A stretch of DNA of 64,000 bases from Candidatus Eiseniibacteriota bacterium (GCA_963744995.1 CAVUWA010000010.1:352001-416000); one strand, 5' to 3'. Numbered from the stretch's first letter, positions 50,997 to 60,635 are shown. The notes: generated from the letters alone by a model not told the origin. Numbers and translations are program-made.

Positions 50997-52097
50997 TCAG
51001 CGCGACTTGCTGCTCTCCCCCGGACGCACGGTCCCGGCCAGCTCGTCGGCGTGGAACGAGGAACGCACCAGCGGGCCCGAGGCGACGTTCTCGAAGCCGA
51101 GCGCCGCGGCCTGCTCGCCCCACCAGCGGAAGCGATCCGGGTGCACGTACTCGATCACCGGCAGGTGGTTCGCGCTCGGCCTCAGGTACTGGCCGATCGT
51201 GAGCAGCTGACAGCCATGCGCGCGCAGGTCGCGCAGCGTCTGCAGCAGCTCGTCTTCCTGTTCGCCGAGTCCCAGCATCAGCCCGGACTTCACCTTGATC
51301 CCGGTGCCGCTCGCGGACACGCGTTCGAGAAGCTCGAGCGTGCGGTCGTAGCGCGCGCTCGGGCGCACGAGCGGGTGCAGACGCTCGACGGTCTCGATGT
51401 TGTGGTTGATCACCTCGGGGCGCGCGTCGATCACGCGCTGCAGATCCGCGGCGTGGCCGCGGAAGTCGGGTACCAGCACCTCGATCACGGTGTCCGAACG
51501 CTTGCGGATCTCCTCGATGACCATGGCGAAGATCGTGCTGCCGCCGTCCTTGAGGTCGTCCCGCGCGACGGACGTGATCACCGTATGGCGCAGGCCCATC
51601 GCCGCGACCGACTCGCCCACGCGACGCGGCTCGTCCCAGTCGATGAAGCCGTTCGGCTTGCCGGGACCGACTGCGCAAAAGCCGCAGCGCCGCGTGCACA
51701 TGTCGCCCAGGATCATGATGGTCGCCGTGCCGCGCTCCCAGCAGTGGCCGAGGTTCGGGCAGTGCGCTTCTTCGCACACGGTCACCATCTTCTGGCCGCG
51801 CAGCAGCGACCTGGTCTCGGCGTACTCGCCGTGCCCCGGCAGCTTCACCTTGAGCCACTCGGGCAGGCGGCGGAACCCGCCGGGCCGCGCTCCGGCGGCG
51901 TCGGCCCCGGCGCCGATCCCGGCGCCCGACGCGCAGCCGCCGAAACGTGGCCTCACCGGCAGCCGCTGCGGCACCGCGGGGCGCGGCGCGCCGTAGACGC
52001 CGATGTCCGCGCCTTCGTTCGCGTTGAGGACCGGAAGCGCGTCGGCTCCGGGGGTGGCGCCCGGAACCCGTTCGGGGGACTCGAAGTCTCGACTCAT
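50997..52097 (-). CDS. lipA: Lipoyl synthase with N-terminal extension
   Basis: CEEAHCPNLGHC (CX4CX5C), CTRRCGFC radical-SAM motif, TSVARDDL, NHNIETV, LVRSSFHA. Confidence 0.96.
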   Translation of the reverse strand: MSRDFESPERVPGATPGADALPVLNANEGADIGVYGAPRPAVPQRLPVRPRFGGCASGAGIGAGADAAGARPGGFRRLPEWLKVKLPGHGEYAETRSLLRGQKMVTVCEEAHCPNLGHCWERGTATIMILGDMCTRRCGFCAVGPGKPNGFIDWDEPRRVGESVAAMGLRHTVITSVARDDLKDGGSTIFAMVIEEIRKRSDTVIEVLVPDFRGHAADLQRVIDARPEVINHNIETVERLHPLVRPSARYDRTLELLERVSASGTGIKVKSGLMLGLGEQEDELLQTLRDLRAHGCQLLTIGQYLRPSANHLPVIEYVHPDRFRWWGEQAAALGFENVASGPLVRSSFHADELAGTVRPGESSKSR

Positions 52098-52099
52098 GG

Positions 52100-53260
52100 T
52101 CAGTCCTTGGCCATCGTCTGCCGGGCGATCTGGCCGCTGCCCTTCAGCGACAGCATGCGGTCGAGCGCCAGGCGTGCGCCGGCACGGGTGGATTCGGGAA
52201 CGCGCACGGGATTGACGACGTGACCTTCGGCGAGGTTCTCGAGCGTCCACAGCAGATGCGCGGGATCGATGCGATTCATGGTCGCGCACGGGCACACGTT
52301 CTTCTGCAGGGACTGGATCCGCTGCTCCGGGTGCTCCTGCGCCAGGCGATGCACCAGGTGGATCTCGGTGCCGATCATCCAGTGCGTGCCGGGCGCCGCC
52401 TCGCGGACCCGGCGAATGATGAATTCCGTGGAGCCCACGAGATCCGCGTTCTGCACGACGTCGAACGGGCACTCCGGGTGCACGAGCACCCGCACCTCGG
52501 GATCGGCCGCGCGCGCCTCGTCGATCATGTGCTTCTGGAACTTCGTGTGCACCGAACAGAAGCCGCGCCACAGCATGATGCGTGTTCCGTCGCGGTAGCA
52601 ATTCGCGTTGACGCGGTCGAGATCGCGGGCACGGTAGTCCCATTCCGCCATCTCCTCGAGCGGCACGCCCATTCCGAACGCGGTGTTGCGGCCCAGGTGC
52701 TGGTCGGGGAAGAAGAACACCCGCCGCTTGCGGGCCCACGCCCACTCGAGCACCGAAGGGCAATTGGACGACGTGCACACCACGCCGCCGCGCTCGCCGC
52801 AGAACGCTTTGAGCGCCGCCGTCGAGTTCATGTAGGTGACCGGAACGATCGTGTCGCCATGCACCGCGGTGAGGCGTTCCCACGCTTCTTCGACGTCCTC
52901 GATCCCGGCCATGTCGGCCATCGAGCAGCCGGCCTTCAAGTCCGGCAGCAGCACCGTCTGGTGGGGCTGGCGCAGCACGTCGGCGGACTCGGCCATGAAG
53001 TGCACGCCGCAGAACACGATCCAGTCCGCCTCCCCGCGCTCGGATGCCAGCTGCGCGAGCTTGAACGAGTCGCCGCGGAAGTCCGCGAACTCGATCACGC
53101 TGTCGCGCTGGTAATGGTGGCCGAGCAGCACCACGCGCGCACCGAGCCTCTCGCGCGCGGCACGCGTGCGCTCGCGAATCACGTCGGCCGCGAGTGCCGC
53201 ATATTCGGCGAAGGGTCGCGCCCCCGGCGCGGCCGTCGCCATCGTGGTCAGCGTGGTCAT
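52100..53260 (-). CDS. nadA: Quinolinate synthase
   Basis: GHHYQ, FCGVHFMAE, AGCSMA, YMNS, CTSSN, GFCSVH, HPEC, CATMN. Confidence 0.96.
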   Translation of the reverse strand: MTTLTTMATAAPGARPFAEYAALAADVIRERTRAARERLGARVVLLGHHYQRDSVIEFADFRGDSFKLAQLASERGEADWIVFCGVHFMAESADVLRQPHQTVLLPDLKAGCSMADMAGIEDVEEAWERLTAVHGDTIVPVTYMNSTAALKAFCGERGGVVCTSSNCPSVLEWAWARKRRVFFFPDQHLGRNTAFGMGVPLEEMAEWDYRARDLDRVNANCYRDGTRIMLWRGFCSVHTKFQKHMIDEARAADPEVRVLVHPECPFDVVQNADLVGSTEFIIRRVREAAPGTHWMIGTEIHLVHRLAQEHPEQRIQSLQKNVCPCATMNRIDPAHLLWTLENLAEGHVVNPVRVPESTRAGARLALDRMLSLKGSGQIARQTMAKD

Positions 53261-53273
53261 GGATCCGTTCCGA

Positions 53274-53690
53274 TCAGAGGTCCGAAGCATCGAGGGGCTG
53301 ACGCGCGGCGAAACCGCCCTCGAGCGAGTGCCAGTACGTGATCTCCGCCTCGCCGAGCCGCCAGCACAGGAAGATCAGCCGGTCCCCGGAGATCGCGTAG
53401 AAGTCGAGAAGGCCGCGGTCGAGATCCTTCACGAGGCCGCCGCGCCGCTGGATCGCCTGGATCCCCTCCGCGATCTCGTGGCCGAGCTGGGTCCGGGCGT
53501 TCTGCAGCTCGTGCAACTCCGCGCGGTCCGGGTTTTCCGGCCCCGCGCCCGACAGTGCCACGGCCATGACTTCGATGCGTGACTGCGCTCGATCGTACTC
53601 GCGCTTCGCCGCAACCAGCCGCTCGAGGCGAGGCTTGAGCTCGATCACGGCGCGGTTCGCCTCGGCCAGACTGAACACCGTCAGTTTCAC
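53274..53690 (-). CDS. DUF2203-family protein
   Basis: FSLAEAN..., VKDLDRGLLDF....LCWRLGE..I.YWH...GF..R; GGGAGG RBS before GTG. Confidence 0.85.
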   Translation of the reverse strand: MKLTVFSLAEANRAVIELKPRLERLVAAKREYDRAQSRIEVMAVALSGAGPENPDRAELHELQNARTQLGHEIAEGIQAIQRRGGLVKDLDRGLLDFYAISGDRLIFLCWRLGEAEITYWHSLEGGFAARQPLDASDL

Positions 53691-53727
53691 CTTGCCTCCC
53701 ACCCGGGAACGCTCCTTCCGTCTGGTT

Positions 53728-54426
53728 TCAGGCCGCGGCGCCGGCCGTCATGCGGCGCACGGTCTCGCGCTCGATCCAGACCATGCGCTCGAAACCGAAC
53801 TGCCGCGCCACGGACGCGGCCGCACGCTCGCGCACGGCGGCCATGCGCACGACGCCCGCCCCCGCACGGGCCTCCATGGACGTCATTTGGATGCCGTGAA
53901 GCCCGCAGGGGTGGATCAGGTCGAAAAAAGCCAGATCCGGCGCCACATTCAGGGCGAATCCATGATAGCTGACCCAGCGGCGCACCGCGATTCCGATGGA
54001 CGCGATCTTGGCGCCGTCCACCCACACCCCCGTGCGGCCGGGCACGATGCCACCCTCGATCTCCCATTCGGCGAGGAGCCCGATCAGTGCGGCCTCCAGC
54101 CCCCTCAGAAACCGATGCAGGTCCCGGCCCAGCGGGTTCAGATCGATGATCGGATAGCCGACCAGCTGCCCGGGCCCGTGCCAGGTGACGTCGCCGCCGC
54201 GAGCGACCTCGTGCACCTCGATGCCGCGCGAGCGCAGCTCGGCGGCTGAAGCGATCACGTTGCCCTCGCTCGGACTCCGGCCCACCGTGAGCACCGGCGG
54301 ATGGTCGGGGAACAGCAGCCAGTCGCCGGTCTCCCCCGCGGCACGCGCCCGCACCAGCGCCTCCTGGATCTCGAGGCCTTCCGTGTAGGGCGTGGCGCCC
54401 AGATGACATGCGTGCAGCGTTCGCAT
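53728..54426 (-). CDS. lipB: Octanoyltransferase
   Basis: HPPV.T.G, RGGDVTWHGPGQLVGYP, KIASIG, HGFALN, PCG. Confidence 0.95.
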   Translation of the reverse strand: MRTLHACHLGATPYTEGLEIQEALVRARAAGETGDWLLFPDHPPVLTVGRSPSEGNVIASAAELRSRGIEVHEVARGGDVTWHGPGQLVGYPIIDLNPLGRDLHRFLRGLEAALIGLLAEWEIEGGIVPGRTGVWVDGAKIASIGIAVRRWVSYHGFALNVAPDLAFFDLIHPCGLHGIQMTSMEARAGAGVVRMAAVRERAAASVARQFGFERMVWIERETVRRMTAGAAA

Positions 54427-54496
54427 CAGATTCGTCCCGACTTCCTCCGCGCCCGGTCGCGGGCACCCGGACCCGCGATGCCGGCGCAGATGCCGT

Positions 54497-55867
54497 TCAC
54501 GCGTAGAACCACAGCATCTCCGGGCGTTCCAGCAGCTCGCAGACCCGGCGCAGGAACTTGACCGCCAGCTCGCCGTCGATCACGCGGTGATCGAAGCCGA
54601 TCGAGGCGTTCATCATCGGCCGGATCACGATCTCGCCGTCCTTCACCACCGGGCGGTCGGCGATCTTGTGCACGCCGAGGATCGCCACCTCCGGCACGTT
54701 GATCACCGGAGACGAGTTGGTCGCGCCGAACACGCCCGCGTTGGTGATACTGAACGTGCCGCCCTGGATCTCGTCGGGCTTGAGCCGATCGGCACGCGCC
54801 CGGGCGGCGATGTCGTTCACCTCGGCGGCGATCTGCGTCAGGTTCTTGCGATCGCAGTCCTTGATGTTCGGCACGATCAGGCCCTTCTCGTCGCGGCCGA
54901 CCGCCATGCCGATGTTGTAGTACTTCTTCACGACGATCGAGTCGTCCTTCACCTGTCCGTTCACCCAAGGGAACTCCTTGAGCGCCATGACGCTCGCCTT
55001 GATGAAGAACGGCATGTAGGTGAGCTTCACGCCCTGCGCCTCGAGCTTCGGCCCCCACTCCTTGCGCAGGCGGACGATCGCGCTCATGTCGGCCTCGTCG
55101 AAGCAGTGGGTGTGCGCCGCCGTGTGCTTCGCCATCACCATGTTCTCGGCGATCAGCTTGCGCACCTTGGTGAACGGGACGACCTCCTCCCGTTGACCCT
55201 CGGCGGGCGCCGCCGTCGCAGCCGCCATGAAGCCGGGCAGCGGCGCGGCCGGACGGGCCGGCGCCACGGCCGGGGCGGATGGCTGCGCCGCTGCCGGCGC
55301 GGCGCCGCGGCGGTTCAGGTAGTCGAGCAGATCGTCGCGCGTCACGCGCCCCGCCACGCCCGAGCCGCGGATCGAATCGATCTCGGCCATCTGCACGTCG
55401 TGCTCGCGCATGAGCTTGCGCACCGCCGGCGACAGGTGACGCGGCTCGGCGGAGACCACGCCGTTGCCGCCCGCACCCGCCGCCGGGGCGGGCGCGGTGG
55501 CGACCGGCGCGGCCGGCTGCGGGCGCGCGGGCGGCGCCGCGGCGCCTGCCGCCTGCCGTGCCGCGGCGGGCGCCGCCTGCTTCGCTTCTTCCTTCGCGGG
55601 CGCCTGTGCTTCAGCGCCGGCCGCTTCGCCCGCGCCCGACAACACGCCGATCTCGGTGCCGACCAGGACGGTCGTGCCTTCCTCGACGAGGATCTTCGAC
55701 AGCGTGCCCTCGGAGGGCGAAGGAATCTCGACGTTGATCTTGTCGGTCTGGATCTCGACGAGCGGCTCTTCCTTGCGCACCCTGTCGCCGACCTTCTTCA
55801 GCCACTTCGACACGGTGCCTTCCGCGACACTCTCGCCGAGCTGCGGAACGACGATCTGAATCGGCAT
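54497..55867 (-). CDS. 2-oxoacid dehydrogenase E2 (dihydrolipoamide acyltransferase; SucB/DlaT-like)
   Basis: One lipoyl domain (LGESVAEGT..QTDKINVE), PSBD (SPAVRKL..GSG..GRVT), catalytic GGTFSITN..DHRVIDG. Confidence 0.93.
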   Translation of the reverse strand: MPIQIVVPQLGESVAEGTVSKWLKKVGDRVRKEEPLVEIQTDKINVEIPSPSEGTLSKILVEEGTTVLVGTEIGVLSGAGEAAGAEAQAPAKEEAKQAAPAAARQAAGAAAPPARPQPAAPVATAPAPAAGAGGNGVVSAEPRHLSPAVRKLMREHDVQMAEIDSIRGSGVAGRVTRDDLLDYLNRRGAAPAAAQPSAPAVAPARPAAPLPGFMAAATAAPAEGQREEVVPFTKVRKLIAENMVMAKHTAAHTHCFDEADMSAIVRLRKEWGPKLEAQGVKLTYMPFFIKASVMALKEFPWVNGQVKDDSIVVKKYYNIGMAVGRDEKGLIVPNIKDCDRKNLTQIAAEVNDIAARARADRLKPDEIQGGTFSITNAGVFGATNSSPVINVPEVAILGVHKIADRPVVKDGEIVIRPMMNASIGFDHRVIDGELAVKFLRRVCELLERPEMLWFYA

Positions 55868-55946
55868 GTCCTCTGGTCCTCCGTGATCGCCCGCGTCGGG
55901 CGTCTCGTGTGCTCCGCGGCGTCCACCCCGGAGGCGTTTCGTTCGG

Positions 55947-56453
55947 TCAGGCGTCCGTGGCGCCGCGCTTGCCGCGCCGTTCGAGGCGCAGACGGCGGCG
56001 TTCGACCGCGCGCGTGTGCTCTTCTCTCTCCTCTTCCGTCTCCAGCAGCAGCGGCGGCACCGGGGTCGGGCGATGGGTGACGGGATCCAGTGCGACGAAC
56101 GTCACGAACGCAGTCGCGGTGTGGCGTCTCTCGCCGGACAGCAGGTTCTCCGACCCCACCCGGACGCAGATCTCCATGCTGCTCCGATCCACGAGGGTGA
56201 GCCGCGCGTCGATCAGCGCGAGCTCGCCCACCTGGATCGGCGCCAGGAACGACATCTCGTCGAACGCCGCCGTCACGACCGGCCGCCGGCAGTGCCGGTT
56301 GGCGGCGATCGCGGCGGCGAGGTCCACCCAGTGCATCACGGTGCCGCCGAGCACGCTGCCGTGCACGTTGGCCTCGTGCGGGAGCACCAGCTGCACCATG
56401 TGCGTGGCCGAATCGGCCGCGCGCCTGCCGGCCGGCGTCGTGTTTGGATTCAC
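55947..56453 (-). CDS. Acyl-CoA thioesterase (YciA/hotdog family)
   Basis: NVHGSVLGG..MHWVD, VVTAA, F..PI.VG, TFVALD; start GTG (MNPNTT). Confidence 0.9.
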   Translation of the reverse strand: MNPNTTPAGRRAADSATHMVQLVLPHEANVHGSVLGGTVMHWVDLAAAIAANRHCRRPVVTAAFDEMSFLAPIQVGELALIDARLTLVDRSSMEICVRVGSENLLSGERRHTATAFVTFVALDPVTHRPTPVPPLLLETEEEREEHTRAVERRRLRLERRGKRGATDA

Positions 56454-56669
56454 CCGATTCCCCAGGGACGCTTCGATCTCGGAGCCGTGGTTGCAACATA
56501 CTGCGGCGCCTTGCGTTGCAGTCACCAACCGACACCGGCGGGGCGCACCGCAGGGACGGATTATAGGCGCCGCGCGCGCGCCCTCGCAACGCGGCCCGTG
56601 CCCCCCGCGGACGCGACAGCGCCCCCGGAGGCGCGCCCGGGCGCGGCCGCTGTCCCGGCGCAAACGAAT

Positions 56670-56697
56670 CGGCCGGACCCCGTTCGGGGCCCGGCCG
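56670..56697 (-). terminator. Hairpin terminator after 56718..58760
   Basis: CGGCCGGACCCC-GTTC-GGGGCCCGGCCG, followed by ATTCGTTTG on the minus strand. Confidence 0.55.
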
Positions 56698-56717
56698 TTC
56701 GCCGGTACCGGGTTCGA

Positions 56718-58760
56718 TCAGTCGAGCAGGACTGCGCGCTGGTTGTACGTCTCGCCGCCCACCATCAGGCGGATGAAGTACACACCGGCGCCGAGACGGC
56801 TGCCGCCGTTGCCGCTGCCGTCCCAGGTGCGCGAGTAGGTGCCCGCGGTGAACGCGCCCTTCGCGAGCGTCGCCACCTTGCGGCCGGCGAGGTCGAAGAC
56901 CGCGAGGTCCACGTTCGCCGCACGCGGCAGGCCGAAGCTCACCCGCGACGAGGTCGCCGGGTTCGGGAACACCGAGAACTGCACGCGCGCCGGGACTTCG
57001 CCGTCGGCGCTGGCATTGAGGCCCAGGTCGACGATGTCGGCGTCGGTGCGCGGCGCCACGCGGAACAGCGAGAAGCTGAACCGCAGGATGCCGGTCACGT
57101 CGATCGTGTGCAGCGAATCCGCCACGAACGAGAACGGATAGGTGCTCGACTCCGTGACGTTCATGGTGTCCGGGAACGTGCAGCACGGGCCGGCCACGAG
57201 GAAGCCCGAACCAGCCGGCTGGTTGTTCGTGATGCGGACGTGCTCCAGCTTGACCAGCATGCCTTCGTAGTCCTCGCCGGTCTGCATGCTCTGGCTGCCG
57301 TCGCAGGCCGAATCGCCGAACACGGCCACCGTGCCGAGCACCGGCGTCGGCATCGCCGCCGCACCTTCGTCGCGCAGGTAGACGTTGCTGGTCGCTTCGG
57401 TCTCGTTGAAGTACTCCTGCACGGCACCGGCCCACAGGTACTGATGCCCCTCGGTGAGCGGCACGATCGGGGCGAACGCCGCAATACCGCTGCGGGTCGG
57501 GCTGTCGTCCTGCATGTAGTACAGGTTGCCGAAGGCCGCCGTCACGACGCCCCGGAACGTCAGGCGCGTGCCCACGGCGCTGCCCGAACCGCCGAACGCC
57601 GTGCGGTCCTCGCAGGGCGAGCCGAGGAACAGCGGATCCGGCGCCTGGATCTGGCCGATGGCCATGACGCCGTTGGCGAAGCTGCGGTCCTGCGGCGTGA
57701 TGATCGGCAGGTTGAACGCCGCGTCCTTGACACCCGACACCGTCACGGTCTCGGCCGTGCCGTCCGGCAGGTTGTTGCCCGGATCGAGCGCGAGGTGGAC
57801 GACATTGGGCTCGACCAGCGTCGCCGAGTTGATGATCCCGAACGAAGCCAGCGAGTAGTTGCCGACGTCCTCCGCCGAGGTCTGCTCGACGTTGCGGTCG
57901 AACACCACGCGGATGGTGTCATCGTGCACCGAGTAGGCGTCCGCAAGGTTCGGCGGCGTCTGCACGGTGATGTCGTTGCCGTCACGCAGCTGGATGCGGT
58001 AGCCGCGCGTGCGCTGGTCGTAGATGCCCTGCACGTTGCTGACGAGCGTCCCCACCGCGGGCGGCGCGTAGGTGGTGAGGGTGCCGCCATCGACGAGGAT
58101 GCTGTCGCACGGGCCGCTGGTGCACAGGTTGTCGTCGACCATCAGGAACGAATTGAAGGGAAGGCCGCCCGTGAACGAGGTGCGGGCGACGCGCATGGTG
58201 GTCGTGATGCGGACCAGCGAGCCTTCCCACATCTCCCCGTTCGGGTTGGTCGGCAGCTCCTGGAGCTCCGCGACCGTGCCATCGTGGAACGGCGGCAGCG
58301 GATTCCCGGAGTTGATCTTGCGCACGATGAGGTCCGGCGAAGTGAACGAATTGTTGAACGACAGGATCTCGGCGCCGCCCTGATACTCGGCCGATGCGCC
58401 GTAGACCGCCACGCTGTCCCCTTGCGCAAGGCCGAGCGTCGCGGCGAGGTTGCTGCCCCCGGTAAAGACGTCGATTCCGCTGAAAGGCAGCGCACTCGGC
58501 GCGGAGGTCTGGATGTAGAAGGCGAAGCCGGTGGGTTGTGCGTCGAAGCCGGTGATGATGCCCTTCACGCCGTACACCGAGTCGCCGAGCGCGGGATGAC
58601 ACGGCGCGAGCGTCGTGTCGGTCTGCTGAATGTCGTAGATCGTCAGCGTGTCGGCACAGGTGCGATAGGAAGGTCCCGGCGGATACTGATCCGCGCGGGC
58701 GACGAGCGCGCTGCTCGCGAGCAGCACGACGCCCAGTAGCACAGGAGCAAAACGTCGCAT
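56718..58760 (-). CDS. Secreted protein with repeated OB-fold-like (YhcR-type) modules, an Ig-like domain and a FlgD-Ig tail
   Basis: Signal peptide; twice I..IQ...G..T....Y.Q.....SGI..F; E.(W/Y)EG.LV; FPNP...WDGSGNGGSRLGAGVYFIR. Confidence 0.8.
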   Translation of the reverse strand: MRRFAPVLLGVVLLASSALVARADQYPPGPSYRTCADTLTIYDIQQTDTTLAPCHPALGDSVYGVKGIITGFDAQPTGFAFYIQTSAPSALPFSGIDVFTGGSNLAATLGLAQGDSVAVYGASAEYQGGAEILSFNNSFTSPDLIVRKINSGNPLPPFHDGTVAELQELPTNPNGEMWEGSLVRITTTMRVARTSFTGGLPFNSFLMVDDNLCTSGPCDSILVDGGTLTTYAPPAVGTLVSNVQGIYDQRTRGYRIQLRDGNDITVQTPPNLADAYSVHDDTIRVVFDRNVEQTSAEDVGNYSLASFGIINSATLVEPNVVHLALDPGNNLPDGTAETVTVSGVKDAAFNLPIITPQDRSFANGVMAIGQIQAPDPLFLGSPCEDRTAFGGSGSAVGTRLTFRGVVTAAFGNLYYMQDDSPTRSGIAAFAPIVPLTEGHQYLWAGAVQEYFNETEATSNVYLRDEGAAAMPTPVLGTVAVFGDSACDGSQSMQTGEDYEGMLVKLEHVRITNNQPAGSGFLVAGPCCTFPDTMNVTESSTYPFSFVADSLHTIDVTGILRFSFSLFRVAPRTDADIVDLGLNASADGEVPARVQFSVFPNPATSSRVSFGLPRAANVDLAVFDLAGRKVATLAKGAFTAGTYSRTWDGSGNGGSRLGAGVYFIRLMVGGETYNQRAVLLD

Positions 58761-58915
58761 GGGAATACCCTCTGGTGGCAAAGACGACGGAACAAGGGAT
58801 GCAGCGGGATTCACCGTGAGATCGGGGGCTGATTCCTCCTCGGGATCTGCGGGTTCATTGAGGAATGAAACGCCAGGAGTCTGGCGGCCGAAGTGGAGCC
58901 ATTTCCGGTCGATCG

Positions 58916-58943
58916 AGTATACCAGCGTGTGGCCTAAGCCCAA
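58916..58943 (-). promoter_or_regulatory. Extended -10 promoter candidate
   Basis: TTGGGC-N16-TATACT with TG at the extended -10 position; implies a leader of about 150 nt. Confidence 0.5.
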
Positions 58944-59119
58944 ACGCTTTATGACGATAAGTGGCAATCCGGCAACTCGCCGCGGGTCCCGGAGATGCCC
59001 TGAGAGGGCCACAGAGCCTCCTGGCTGGCGCCCGGGCCCCCGGGGAAGATTCTCGGGGCGGGCCGAAGTGCGGCCTGGACCTCCGGGCAGACCCGGTGGC
59101 CGGGCGTGGCGACGGGGCG

Positions 59120-59168
59120 GGCGGCCGATCCGGCCCGGCGGCCGATCCGGCGGGGCGGCCGATCCGGC
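59120..59168. repeat. Three tandem 17-bp units
   Basis: GGCGGCCGATCCGGC at 59120, 59137 and 59154. Confidence 0.85.
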
Positions 59169-59195
59169 GGGGCCGCCGTGAGGCGGCCCTCCGGC

Positions 59196-60635
59196 TCAGA
59201 GCCCGGTGAGCCCGAGCAGCTCGAACGTCTTGGCGAGGAAACGCGGCACGGTGCGGAAGCCGTCCAGCCCGCGCATCGGGCCGGTGATGATGGTCATGCG
59301 GCCTCCCGAGCCGAGCCTCACCGTGACCGCGACCGGGATATTGGTCTGGTTCAGCTGGGTGAGCTGATTGGGCGGCGCCCACAGCAGCACGTCGTTGGTG
59401 TCGAGAACGTCGAAACCACGCAGGCCGCTGAAGATGCCGGCGGCGCGCAGACTGTCGGCGAGCAGCGTGCTGCGCAGGATGCGGGCGTTGGAGATCCCCC
59501 AGGTCGTGGACGAATCGCCGGGAAGCGAGGTCTCGTACTTGAGCAGGCCGCGGCTGCCGCAGTAGCGCGTCACCCAGTCTTCGGGGAGCGGGCCGGTCGC
59601 CGCGAGTCCCTGGATCAGGTTCAGGCCCTCGATGAAGAAGCTGCCGCCCCCGTCCATGTAGGCGGCGATGCCGTCGTGGTAGTCGTTGAGCAGCGTGCTG
59701 AAGCCGGTCTGGGTGCCGCGGTACCAGATCACGTTCTCGAACAGGTCGAAGGTCTGGCGGACGTCCTCCGACGAGCGGAACGGCTGAGTGAACTCGAGCC
59801 TGAGCAGGCTCCATTCGTCCGGCGCCAGATTGCGCACCGCGGTGTTGGTCCAGGCCGTGTCGGTGGTGAAGTTCGCCGGATTGGCGCTCGGCACGTCGTC
59901 GATGAGCAGCAGGCGCGCGCGCGTCCCGCTGACCGGTGCGCGCACGTACCAGGTCGTGCTGTCGATATTGCCGGCGCGGCCGCCGTCGTCGATGCCCTGC
60001 ACGTAGACCGTGCGCGGGCCCGAGAGCAGCTGGCCTCCCTGGCGGAAGCGATCGGTCGCGATCGTGATGAATTTGTTCGAGGTGAAGTCGGCGTTCGCTT
60101 CGTTGCCGTTCAGCCAGACCCGGTAGACCATCTTCGTGCCGTCGCCGTCCGGATCGGCGCCGAACCAGTTGAGCGTCACCGAGGCGAAGGTGGAGTCGTT
60201 GATCCCGGGCTCGCCCTGGAAGTTCACGGTCGGCGCCTTGTTCGTGAACGTGAACTGCTGGGTCGCCGGGGTCGGGTCCACCGCGCCGTCGTCGTCGATC
60301 GCGCGCACTTCGAACACCGGCTCCGAGAGCCCGGTGGGCGTGTACGCCGCGATCAGCGAGTCGGTGCGCGTCGTGCGGATCCATTGCGTGTCGGCGGGCG
60401 CCTGCGGGCTCGTCAGCCGCAGATCGAAGCCCGTGACGAAGCCGTCGGCGTCGTTGCCGTACCAGTACAGGTGCACCAGGTGGTTGACCGTGTCGAGCTG
60501 GCCCTGCACGAACAGCCCCGTCTCGGGCGGAACGTTCGGCACGAAGGTCTTCCTGACCGAGCAGCCGGCGAGCAGCGCGAGCAGCATCAGCAGACCGAGC
60601 GGCCACGCGCGCAGGAACGGGGTGGAAATGCGCAT
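59196..60635 (-). CDS. Lipoprotein with Ig/FN3-like domains
   Basis: LLAG|C lipobox; N.PPET, W.G.D.DG.V.GF, FEVRAIDDDGAVDPTPA; second unit W.GADPDG..QGIDDGG. Confidence 0.8.
   Translation of the reverse strand: MRISTPFLRAWPLGLLMLLALLAGCSVRKTFVPNVPPETGLFVQGQLDTVNHLVHLYWYGNDADGFVTGFDLRLTSPQAPADTQWIRTTRTDSLIAAYTPTGLSEPVFEVRAIDDDGAVDPTPATQQFTFTNKAPTVNFQGEPGINDSTFASVTLNWFGADPDGDGTKMVYRVWLNGNEANADFTSNKFITIATDRFRQGGQLLSGPRTVYVQGIDDGGRAGNIDSTTWYVRAPVSGTRARLLLIDDVPSANPANFTTDTAWTNTAVRNLAPDEWSLLRLEFTQPFRSSEDVRQTFDLFENVIWYRGTQTGFSTLLNDYHDGIAAYMDGGGSFFIEGLNLIQGLAATGPLPEDWVTRYCGSRGLLKYETSLPGDSSTTWGISNARILRSTLLADSLRAAGIFSGLRGFDVLDTNDVLLWAPPNQLTQLNQTNIPVAVTVRLGSGGRMTIITGPMRGLDGFRTVPRFLAKTFELLGLTGL

Noticed and set aside
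50997..52883. 628-aa LipA fusion
   Set aside because: The upstream part overlaps nadA in another frame.
59120..59168. Mini CRISPR array
   Set aside because: Repeats are 15 bp with 2-bp linkers, there are no spacers, and no cas genes are present.
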